Positions 1-6,702 of a DNA stretch of 6,921 nt are shown piece by piece. Every line of letters starts with the position of its first letter. Within the stretch, counting starts at the first letter, position 1. Both the position numbers and the translations under genes were made by a program. The stretch lies in IMG/VR virus record IMGVR_UViG_2740892235_000012. The stretch is one strand, 5' to 3'. The stretch is from a virus. Lineage: Duplodnaviria; Heunggongvirae; Uroviricota; Caudoviricetes. Under the pieces are notes generated by a model that saw nothing but the letters and a program-made list of their open reading frames with translations, was not told the origin of the DNA and did no database searches.

Positions 1-195
1 AAACAGATGCGCATTAATGAGGCTAACAACCTGATTAATGAAAAACAATGGCCATCAAAATTACAGCTTGGCAGGCTGAGCGAATTAGAAAAGAATAGTT
101 TTAATGCTGTACTGGATTACCTTGATGCACTGGATAAAGTTGATATTAGTACGGCACCTGATATTGACTGGCCGGTAAGTAGCTTCAACAAATGA
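1..195 (+). CDS. Tail fiber assembly protein, C-terminal fragment (5' end lies outside the window)
   Basis: The reading frame is open from base 1 (codons AAA CAG precede the first ATG at 7) and stops at TGA 193-195. The C-terminal motif KVDISTAPDIDWP closely resembles the conserved C-terminus of lambda Tfa / P2 gpG-type tail fiber assembly chaperones as I recall them. Its position immediately upstream of the sheath gene fits P2 gene order. Confidence 0.7.
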   Translation, partial: KQMRINEANNLINEKQWPSKLQLGRLSELEKNSFNAVLDYLDALDKVDISTAPDIDWPVSSFNK

Positions 196-214
196 TTGCA
201 GTTGTCTGAATAAA

Positions 215-300
215 TTTTCTGGTTGGTGTTGTACCAGGTGTTAGCCAACCTGGATAAATAGATTGCAATAATAGCTCAACAGAAAATGCACTCACCCATT
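215..300 (+). promoter_or_regulatory. Candidate Ogr-dependent late promoter (PF-equivalent) with nested dyad symmetry
   Basis: AT-rich 123-nt gap between the Tfa stop and the FI start. Dyads seen directly: CTGGT (219-223) / ACCAG (233-237); GGTTGG (221-226) / CCAACC (245-250); CCAGG (234-238) / CCTGG (249-253). They centre about 65-90 nt upstream of the FI ATG, where P2 late promoters carry their activator site. -10-like hexamers (TAAATA 255-260, TAATAG 269-274) lie downstream and there is no good -35, as expected for an activator-dependent promoter. Exact promoter elements are not resolved. Confidence 0.45.
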
Positions 301-318
301 AACCACGGAGTTAAACGG

Positions 319-1509
319 ATGAGTGACTATCATCACGGCGTGCAGGTGCTGGAGATTAACGACGGCACCCGCGTCATTTCCACTGTATCCACTGCCATTG
401 TCGGCATGGTCTGCACGGCCAGCGATGCGGATGTGGAAACCTTCCCCCTTAATAAACCGGTGCTGATTACCAATGTGCAGAGCGCAATTGCAAAGGCCGG
501 TAAAAAAGGTACGCTGGCGGCGTCGTTGCAGGCCATCGCTGACCAGTCAAAACCGGTCACCGTAGTCGTGCGTGTGGAAGACGGCACCGGCGACGACGAA
601 GAAACGAAACTCGCGCAGACTGTTTCCAATATCATCGGCACCACCGACGAAAACGGTCAGTACACCGGACTGAAAGCCCTGCTGGCGGCGGAGTCGGTTA
701 CCGGTGTTAAACCGCGTATTCTCGGTGTGCCGGGACTGGACACCAAAGAGGTGGCGGTTGCACTGGCATCAGTCTGTCAGAAGCTGCGCGCTTTCGGGTA
801 TATCAGCGCATGGGGCTGTAAAACCATTTCCGAGGTGAAAGCCTACCGCCAGAATTTCAGCCAGCGTGAGCTGATGGTCATCTGGCCGGATTTCCTCGCA
901 TGGGATACGGTCGCCAGTACCACCGCCACCGCGTATGCCACCGCCCGTGCGCTGGGCCTGCGTGCTAAAATCGACCAGGAGCAGGGCTGGCATAAAACGC
1001 TGTCCAACGTCGGGGTAAACGGTGTTACCGGCATCAGTGCCTCTGTATTCTGGGATTTACAGGAGTCCGGCACCGATGCTGACCTGTTGAACGAGTCAGG
1101 TGTCACAACGCTGATTCGCCGTGACGGTTTCCGCTTCTGGGGTAACCGTACCTGCTCTGATGACCCGCTGTTCCTCTTTGAAAACTACACCCGCACCGCG
1201 CAGGTGCTGGCCGACACGATGGCTGAGGCGCACATGTGGGCGGTGGACAAGCCCATCACTGCAACGCTGATTCGCGACATCGTTGACGGCATCAATGCCA
1301 AATTCCGTGAGCTGAAAACAAACGGCTATATCGTGGATGCGACCTGCTGGTTCAGCGAAGAATCCAACGATGCGGAAACCCTCAAGGCCGGAAAATTGTA
1401 TATCGACTACGACTATACACCGGTGCCTCCTCTCGAAAACCTGACCCTGCGCCAGCGTATTACCGATAAATACCTGGCAAATCTGGTCACCTCGGTTAAC
1501 AGCAATTAA
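319..1509 (+). CDS. FI: Contractile tail sheath protein (P2 gpFI homolog), 396 aa
   Basis: Protein beginning MSDYHHGVQVLEINDGTRVISTV matches P2 FI in sequence and length by recollection. GGAG at 307-310 sits 8 nt before the ATG at 319. The ORF-track start at 286 adds 11 residues with no RBS. Stop is TAA 1507-1509. Confidence 0.93.
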   Translation: MSDYHHGVQVLEINDGTRVISTVSTAIVGMVCTASDADVETFPLNKPVLITNVQSAIAKAGKKGTLAASLQAIADQSKPVTVVVRVEDGTGDDEETKLAQTVSNIIGTTDENGQYTGLKALLAAESVTGVKPRILGVPGLDTKEVAVALASVCQKLRAFGYISAWGCKTISEVKAYRQNFSQRELMVIWPDFLAWDTVASTTATAYATARALGLRAKIDQEQGWHKTLSNVGVNGVTGISASVFWDLQESGTDADLLNESGVTTLIRRDGFRFWGNRTCSDDPLFLFENYTRTAQVLADTMAEAHMWAVDKPITATLIRDIVDGINAKFRELKTNGYIVDATCWFSEESNDAETLKAGKLYIDYDYTPVPPLENLTLRQRITDKYLANLVTSVNSN

Positions 1510-1521
1510 GGAGCCTGACCG

Positions 1522-2040
1522 ATGGCAATGCCGCGCAAACTCAAGTTAATGAACGTCTTTCTGAACGGCTACAGCTATCAGGGCGTTGCAAAGTCCGTCA
1601 CGCTGCCAAAACTGACCCGTAAGCTCGAAAACTATCGCGGTGCGGGGATGAACGGCAGCGCACCGGTAGACCTCGGCCTTGATGACGATGCGCTGTCAAT
1701 GGAGTGGTCGCTCGGTGGCTTCCCGGATTCGGTTATCTGGGAGCTTTACGCCGCAACCGGTGTGGATGCCGTGCCGATTCGTTTTGCAGGCTCTTACCAG
1801 CGCGACGATACCGGCGAAACGGTGGCCGTCGAGGTGGTCATGCGTGGACGTCAGAAAGAAATCGACACCGGCGAGGGCAAACAGGGAGAAGACACCGAGT
1901 CGAAAATCTCCGTGGTCTGCACCTATTTCCGGCTGACGATGGACGGTAAGGAGCTGGTCGAAATCGACACCATCAACATGATTGAGAAGGTGAACGGCGT
2001 CGACCGGCTGGAGCAACACCGCCGCAATATCGGCCTGTGA
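1522..2040 (+). CDS. FII: Tail tube protein (P2 gpFII homolog), 172 aa
   Basis: AAGGAG at 1508-1513 sits 8 nt before the ATG at 1522. The protein (MAMPRKLKLMNVFLNGYSYQG...) and its 172-aa length match P2 FII. It directly follows the sheath gene, as in all P2-like tail operons. Confidence 0.93.
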   Translation: MAMPRKLKLMNVFLNGYSYQGVAKSVTLPKLTRKLENYRGAGMNGSAPVDLGLDDDALSMEWSLGGFPDSVIWELYAATGVDAVPIRFAGSYQRDDTGETVAVEVVMRGRQKEIDTGEGKQGEDTESKISVVCTYFRLTMDGKELVEIDTINMIEKVNGVDRLEQHRRNIGL

Positions 2041-2047
2041 TTTTCAT

Positions 2048-2068
2048 CCGGTCAGCCTGGCTGACCGG
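2048..2068 (+). other. Perfect GC-rich hairpin in the FII-E intergenic region (9-bp stem, 3-nt loop)
   Basis: CCGGTCAGC (2048-2056), loop CTG, GCTGACCGG (2060-2068) is an exact inverted repeat. It begins 8 nt after the FII stop and is followed by TTAACCCC rather than a U-tract. Next to it, GGTTAACC (2067-2074) is itself palindromic. Confidence 0.6.
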
Positions 2069-2096
2069 TTAACCCCGATTCAGAAGTGAGAAAACC

Positions 2097-2372
2097 ATGA
2101 ACAAAGAAAACGTCATTACCCTGGACAATCCGGTCAAACGTGGTGAGCAGGTTATCGAACAGGTCACGCTGATGAAACCCAATGCCGGGACGCTGCGCGG
2201 TGTCAGTCTGGCTGCAGTCGCGAACTCCGAAGTCGATGCACTGATTAAAGTGCTGCCGCGCATGACGGCACCGATGCTGACCGAGCAGGAAGTCGCCGCG
2301 CTGGAACTGCCTGACCTTGTGGCGCTGGCCGGTAAGGTGGTCGGTTTTTTGTCGCCGAACTCGGTGCAGTGA
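2097..2372 (+). CDS. E: Tail assembly protein E (P2 gpE homolog; tape-measure chaperone analogous to lambda gpG), 91 aa
   Basis: ATG at 2097 is preceded by GTGAG at 2086-2090. The 91-aa length matches P2 gpE, and the gene sits immediately upstream of the tape measure gene. Stop is TGA 2370-2372. Confidence 0.88.
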   Translation: MNKENVITLDNPVKRGEQVIEQVTLMKPNAGTLRGVSLAAVANSEVDALIKVLPRMTAPMLTEQEVAALELPDLVALAGKVVGFLSPNSVQ

Positions 2373-2524
2373 CGTTTCCGAAAAATCTCTCGGTCGATGA
2401 CCTGATGGCGGATGTGGCAGTGATATTTCACTGGCCGCCATCAGAACTGTATCCCATGAGCCTGACCGAACTCATCACATGGCGCGAAAAGGCGCTCCGG
2501 CGAAGCGGAAACACGAATGAGTAA
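2097..2524 (+). CDS. E': E+E' fusion protein made by -1 programmed ribosomal frameshift near the 3' end of E, 142 aa
   Basis: Slippery heptamer T TTT TTG at 2345-2351 in the E frame. After a -1 slip the frame runs from GTC at 2351 for 57 codons (VAELGAVTFPKNLSVDDLMADVAVIFHWPPSELYPMSLTELITWREKALRRSGNTNE) to TAA 2522-2524. Total length is 85 + 57 = 142 aa, matching P2 gpE+E' as I recall it. Confidence 0.82.
2345..2351 (+). other. -1 frameshift slippery site (TTTTTTG) for E to E'
   Basis: An X XXY YYZ-type heptamer in the zero frame of E (codons TTT TTG), 21 nt before the E stop. It corresponds to the recoding site described for the P2 tail operon and is analogous to lambda G/GT. Confidence 0.8.
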
Positions 2525-4964
2525 CAATGTAAAATTACAGGTATTGCTCAGGGCTGTTGACCAGGCGTCCCGCCCGTTTAAATCCATCCGCACAGCGAGT
2601 AAGTCGCTGTCGGGGGATATCCGGGAAACACAAAAATCACTGCGCGAGCTGAACGGTCACGCATCCCGTATTGAGGGATTTCGCAAGACCAGTGCACAGC
2701 TCGCCGTGACTGGTCATGCACTTGAAAAGGCACGGCAGGAGGCCGAAGCCCTTGCCACACAGTTTAAAAACACCGAACGTCCGACACGTGCTCAGGCGAA
2801 AGTGCTGGAATCAGCAAAGCGAGCGGCGGAGGACTTACAGGCGAAATATAACCGCCTGACGGATTCCGTTAAACGCCAGCAGCGGGAACTGGCCGCTGTG
2901 GGAATTAATACCCGCAATCTTGCACATGATGAGCAGGGGCTGAAAAACCGTATCAGTGAAACCACCGCACAGCTTAACCGTCAGCGCGACGCACTGGCGC
3001 GTGTCAGTGCACAACAGGCAAAACTTAACGCAGTAAAACAGCGTTATCAGGCCGGAAAAGAACTGGCCGGAAATATGGCCTCAGTGGGCGCTGCCGGTGT
3101 GGGGATTGCTGCTGCGGGAACGATGGTCGGTGTTAAGCTGCTGATGCCCGGTTATGAGTTTGCGCAGAAAAACTCAGAATTGCAGGCTGTGCTCGGTGTG
3201 GCAAAAGACTCCGCCGAAATGGCCGCATTACGCAAACAGGCGCGTCAGCTCGGCGACAATACCGCAGCCTCGGCAGATGATGCAGCCGGTGCGCAGATTA
3301 TTATTGCGAAAGCCGGTGGGGATGTTGATGCCATTCAGGCGGCAACGCCGGTTACACTGAATATGGCGCTGGCGAACCGCCGCACGATGGAAGAAAACGC
3401 CGCCCTGCTGATGGGGATGAAATCTGCCTTTCAGCTTTCAAACGATAAGGTCGCTCATATCGGGGATGTTCTCTCCATGACGATGAACAAAACCGCCGCC
3501 GATTTTGACGGCATGAGCGATGCGCTGACCTATGCCGCACCTGTGGCAAAAAATGCCGGTGTCAGCATTGAAGAAACCGCCGCAATGGTTGGGGCGCTGC
3601 ATGATGCAAAAATCACAGGCTCAATGGCGGGGACGGGAAGCCGTGCCGTGTTAAGTCGCCTGCAGGCACCGACGGGAAAAGCATGGGATGCACTCAAAGA
3701 GCTTGGCGTGAAAACCTCAGACAGCAAGGGGAATACCCGACCAGTATTTACCATTCTGAAAGAAATGCAGGCCAGTTTTGAGAAAAACCGGCTCGGTACT
3801 GCCCAGCAGGCTGAATACATGAAAACCATTTTCGGGGAGGAGGCCAGCTCAGCCGCTGCTGTGCTGATGACTGCCGCCTCAACCGGAAAGCTGGACAAAC
3901 TGACCGCTGCGTTTAAAGCCTCAGACGGGAAGACCGCCGAGCTGGTAAATATCATGCAGGACAACCTCGGCGGTGACTTTAAGGAGTTTCAGTCCGCTTA
4001 TGAGGCGGTGGGGACTGACCTGTTTGACCAGCAGGAAGGCGCGCTGCGTAAGCTCACGCAGACGGTCACAAAGTATGTGTTAAAACTCGACGGCTGGATA
4101 CAGAAAAACAAATCACTGGCGTCAACCATTGGTCTCATTGCCGGTGGCGCACTGGCGCTTACTGGCATCATCGGTGCCATTGGCCTCGTAGCCTGGCCGG
4201 TTATCACCGGCATCAATGCCATCATCGCGGCAGCAGGCGCAATGGGGGCAATCTTCACGACGGTTGGCAGTGCCGTTATGACGGCCATCGGGGCGATTAG
4301 CTGGCCGGTTGTGGCCGTGGTGGCCGCCATTGTCGCCGGGGCGTTGCTTATCCGTAAATACTGGGAGCCTGTCAGCGCATTCTTTGGCGGTGTGGTGGAA
4401 GGGCTAAAAGCGGCATTTGCGCCGGTGGGGGAACTGTTCACGCCACTTAAGCCGGTGTTTGACTGGCTGGGTGAAAAGTTACAGGCCGTGTGGCAGTGGT
4501 TTAAAAACCTGATTGCCCCGGTCAAAGCCACACAGGACACCCTGAACCGTTGCCGTGACACGGGCGTCATGTTCGGGCAGGCACTGGCTGACGCGTTAAT
4601 GCTGCCGCTTAATGCGTTCAACAAACTGCGCAGCGGTATTGACTGGGTACTGGAAAAACTCGGTGTTATCAACAAAGAGTCAGACACACTTGACCAGACC
4701 GCCGCAAGGACTAATGCCGCCACGTATGGCACCGGTGGTTATATTCCGGCGACCAGCTCTTATGCAGGCTATCAGGCTTATCAGCCGGTCACGGCACCGG
4801 CTGGTCGCTCTTATGTGGACCAGAGTAAAAACGAATATCACATCAGCCTGACGGGCGGTACTGCGCCAGGGACACAGCTCGACCGCCAGTTACAGGATGC
4901 ACTCGAAAAATACGAGCGGGATAAACGTGCGCGCGCCCGTGCCAGCATGATGCATGACGGTTAA
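2517..4964 (+). CDS. T: Tail tape measure protein (P2 gpT homolog), 815 aa
   Basis: A very long ORF directly after the E/E' chaperone pair. The N-terminal roughly 180 residues are heptad-rich and alpha-helical in character (Q/A/R/E/L rich), the middle carries a long Gly/Ala/Ile-rich hydrophobic segment, and the 815-aa length matches P2 gpT. The ATG at 2517 overlaps the E' stop; stop is TAA 4962-4964. Confidence 0.93.
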   Translation: MSNNVKLQVLLRAVDQASRPFKSIRTASKSLSGDIRETQKSLRELNGHASRIEGFRKTSAQLAVTGHALEKARQEAEALATQFKNTERPTRAQAKVLESAKRAAEDLQAKYNRLTDSVKRQQRELAAVGINTRNLAHDEQGLKNRISETTAQLNRQRDALARVSAQQAKLNAVKQRYQAGKELAGNMASVGAAGVGIAAAGTMVGVKLLMPGYEFAQKNSELQAVLGVAKDSAEMAALRKQARQLGDNTAASADDAAGAQIIIAKAGGDVDAIQAATPVTLNMALANRRTMEENAALLMGMKSAFQLSNDKVAHIGDVLSMTMNKTAADFDGMSDALTYAAPVAKNAGVSIEETAAMVGALHDAKITGSMAGTGSRAVLSRLQAPTGKAWDALKELGVKTSDSKGNTRPVFTILKEMQASFEKNRLGTAQQAEYMKTIFGEEASSAAAVLMTAASTGKLDKLTAAFKASDGKTAELVNIMQDNLGGDFKEFQSAYEAVGTDLFDQQEGALRKLTQTVTKYVLKLDGWIQKNKSLASTIGLIAGGALALTGIIGAIGLVAWPVITGINAIIAAAGAMGAIFTTVGSAVMTAIGAISWPVVAVVAAIVAGALLIRKYWEPVSAFFGGVVEGLKAAFAPVGELFTPLKPVFDWLGEKLQAVWQWFKNLIAPVKATQDTLNRCRDTGVMFGQALADALMLPLNAFNKLRSGIDWVLEKLGVINKESDTLDQTAARTNAATYGTGGYIPATSSYAGYQAYQPVTAPAGRSYVDQSKNEYHISLTGGTAPGTQLDRQLQDALEKYERDKRARARASMMHDG

Positions 4965-4978
4965 GGAGGTGACGAAAA

Positions 4979-5458
4979 ATGATGCTCGCGTTAGGTATGT
5001 TTGTTTTTATGCGCCAGACGCTGCCACACCAGACCATGCAGCGTGAATCAGATTATCGCTGGCCGTCAAATTCCCGTATCGGTAAACGGGAGGCCTACCA
5101 GTTTCTCGGTGTGGGTGAGGAAAACTTGACGCTGGCCGGTGTGCTTTATCCCGAACTGACCGGCGGCAAGCTGACGATGACCACGCTCAGGCTGATGGCA
5201 GAGGAAGGCCGGGCGTGGCCGTTGCTGGATGGCACAGGCATGATTTACGGCATGTATGTCATCAGCAGGGTGAGTGAAACAGGGAGTATTTTCTTTGCAG
5301 ACGGCACACCCCGGAAAATTGATTTTACGCTGTCACTCACCCGCGTGGATGAATCACTGGCCGCGCTTTATGGCGATATCGGTAAACAGGCGGAGTCGCT
5401 CATCGGTAAGGCCGGTAGTCTGGCGACCAGATTCACGGGTATGACGGGGGCGGGATAA
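4979..5458 (+). CDS. U: Tail protein U (P2 gpU family), 159 aa
   Basis: Strong RBS AAGGAGGT at 4963-4970, 8 nt before the ATG at 4979. The protein (MMLALGMFVFMRQTLPHQTMQRESDYRWPSN...) and its 159-aa length match P2 gpU. Stop is TAA 5456-5458. Confidence 0.9.
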   Translation: MMLALGMFVFMRQTLPHQTMQRESDYRWPSNSRIGKREAYQFLGVGEENLTLAGVLYPELTGGKLTMTTLRLMAEEGRAWPLLDGTGMIYGMYVISRVSETGSIFFADGTPRKIDFTLSLTRVDESLAALYGDIGKQAESLIGKAGSLATRFTGMTGAG

Positions 5459-6621
5459 TGCTGGATGCGCTGACATTTGATGCAGGCAGTACGCTGACGC
5501 CGGATTACATGCTGATGCTCGACAGCAGGGATATTACCGGCAATATCAGTGACCGTCTGATGAGCATGACCCTGACGGATAACCGGGGCTTTGAGGCTGA
5601 CCAGCTTGATATTGAACTGAACGATGCCGACGGGCAGGTCGGGCTGCCGGTTCGTGGCGCTGTCCTGACGGTGTATATCGGCTGGAAAGGTTTTGCCCTG
5701 GTATGCAAGGGGAAATTCACCGTTGATGAGGTTGAACACCGGGGCGCACCGGATGTGGTCACCATCCGCGCCCGGAGTGCAGATTTTCGTGGCACGCTCA
5801 ATTCCCGCCGGGAAGGCTCCTGGCATGACACCACGCTCGGTGCGATTGTTGAGGCGATTGCCTCCCGTAACAGGCTGGAAGCCAGTGTCGCTCCGTCACT
5901 GGCAGGAATTAAAATCCCGCACATCGACCAGTCGCAGGAGTCCGATGCGAAATTCCTGACCCGTCTTGCTGAACGCAACGGCGGTGAGGTGTCGGTAAAA
6001 ATGGGAAAACTGCTGTTTCTCAAAGCGGGGCAGGGGGTGACGGCCAGCGGTAAAAAAATCCCGCAGATTACCATCACCCGCAGCGACGGCGACCGTCATC
6101 ATTTTGCGATTGCTGACCGTGGAGCCTACACAGGCGTAACGGCAAAGTGGTTACACACCAAAGACCCGAAGCCACAAAAGCAGAAGGTAAAACTGAAACG
6201 CAAAAAGAAAGAGAAACACCTGCGCGCACTGGAGCACCCGAAAGCGAAACCGGTCACGCAGAAGAAAGCGCCAAAAGTACCGGAAGCGCGCGAAGGTGAA
6301 TACATGGCCGGTGAGGCTGACAATGTTTTTGCCCTGACCACGGTATATGCCACGAAAGCGCAGGCCATGCGCGCCGCTCAGGCGAAGTGGGATAAACTGC
6401 AACGGGGCGTTGCGGAGTTCTCCATCAGCCTGGCTACCGGTCGTGCAGATATTTACACGGAAACACCGGTTAAAGTGTCAGGCTTTAAGCGCGTCATAGA
6501 CGAGCAGGACTGGACAATCACTAAGGTGACACATTTTCTGAATAATAGCGGCTTCACGACGTCCCTGGAGCTTGAGGTCAGGCTTTCTGATGTGGAGTAC
6601 GAAACAGAAGATGATGAGTGA
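5458..6621 (+). CDS. D: Tail protein D (P2 gpD / Phage_GPD family; baseplate hub-like, related to the VgrG N-terminal domain), 387 aa
   Basis: The ATG at 5458-5460 overlaps the U stop (TAATG). The 387-aa length and sequence match P2 gpD by recollection, including an internal lysine-rich segment. Stop is TGA 6619-6621. Confidence 0.92.
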   Translation: MLDALTFDAGSTLTPDYMLMLDSRDITGNISDRLMSMTLTDNRGFEADQLDIELNDADGQVGLPVRGAVLTVYIGWKGFALVCKGKFTVDEVEHRGAPDVVTIRARSADFRGTLNSRREGSWHDTTLGAIVEAIASRNRLEASVAPSLAGIKIPHIDQSQESDAKFLTRLAERNGGEVSVKMGKLLFLKAGQGVTASGKKIPQITITRSDGDRHHFAIADRGAYTGVTAKWLHTKDPKPQKQKVKLKRKKKEKHLRALEHPKAKPVTQKKAPKVPEAREGEYMAGEADNVFALTTVYATKAQAMRAAQAKWDKLQRGVAEFSISLATGRADIYTETPVKVSGFKRVIDEQDWTITKVTHFLNNSGFTTSLELEVRLSDVEYETEDDE

Positions 6622-6639
6622 TGTTTTTATTTTATCTGT

Positions 6640-6668
6640 TTGTTTTATAAGGATAAATTAACTAAAAT
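6640..6668 (+). promoter_or_regulatory. Candidate sigma70 promoter for ogr
   Basis: In the 81-nt AT-rich gap between D and ogr: TTGTTT (6640-6645), a 17-nt spacer, then TAAAAT (6663-6668). A GAGG RBS at 6691-6694 sits 8 nt before the ogr ATG. In P2, ogr is transcribed from its own promoter. Alternative hexamers exist in this AT-rich stretch, so the exact -35/-10 assignment is tentative. Confidence 0.4.
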
Positions 6669-6702
6669 GGCACCATCAACAAAACCGGAAGAGGTGCTCG
6701 CG

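Noticed and set aside
215-300. Exact TGT-N12-ACA Ogr-binding consensus upstream of FI
   Set aside because: Scanning TGT occurrences at 203, 227, 230 and 239 gave no ACA at the +15 position; only general dyad symmetry is supportable.
286-318. ORF-track start for the sheath gene at ATG 286, giving a 407-aa product
   Set aside because: No Shine-Dalgarno sequence precedes 286, whereas GGAG sits 8 nt upstream of ATG 319, which gives the 396-aa product expected for P2-type FI.
2048-2068. FII-E hairpin as a canonical rho-independent terminator
   Set aside because: There is no U-tract after the stem on either strand, and E/T/U/D must be transcribed through it. Kept as a structural finding, not called a terminator.
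333-2441. Minus-strand ORFs overlapping FI, FII and E (333-644, 769-993, 843-1106, 1696-2019, 2052-2441, 2069-2431)
   Set aside because: All are embedded in the recognised tail genes, lack RBS, and have compositionally biased translations; they look like chance open frames.
3998-4732. 244-aa antisense ORF inside the tape measure gene
   Set aside because: Low-complexity Ala/Ser/Thr/Pro-rich translation typical of the reverse strand of GC-rich coding DNA. No RBS, and it lies wholly within a confidently assigned gene.
1679-5959. Alternate-frame plus-strand ORFs (1679-1936, 1704-1949, 3154-3360, 4612-4851, 5693-5959)
   Set aside because: Arg/Pro-rich out-of-frame translations inside FII, T and D with no ribosome binding sites; they are not credible overlapping genes.
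5505-6402. Antisense ORFs inside gpD (190 aa at 5505-6077, 68 aa at 5896-6102, 80 aa at 6126-6368, 83 aa at 6151-6402)
   Set aside because: They arise from the purine-rich, Lys-coding sense strand (the antisense is Phe/Leu-rich), have no start signals, and lie completely within D.
6640-6702. N-terminal extension of ogr from 6640 (93-aa ORF in the track)
   Set aside because: Position 6640 is a TTG codon in an AT-rich stretch that looks like the ogr promoter, with no RBS. ATG 6703 has a GAGG RBS and yields the canonical 72-aa Ogr.
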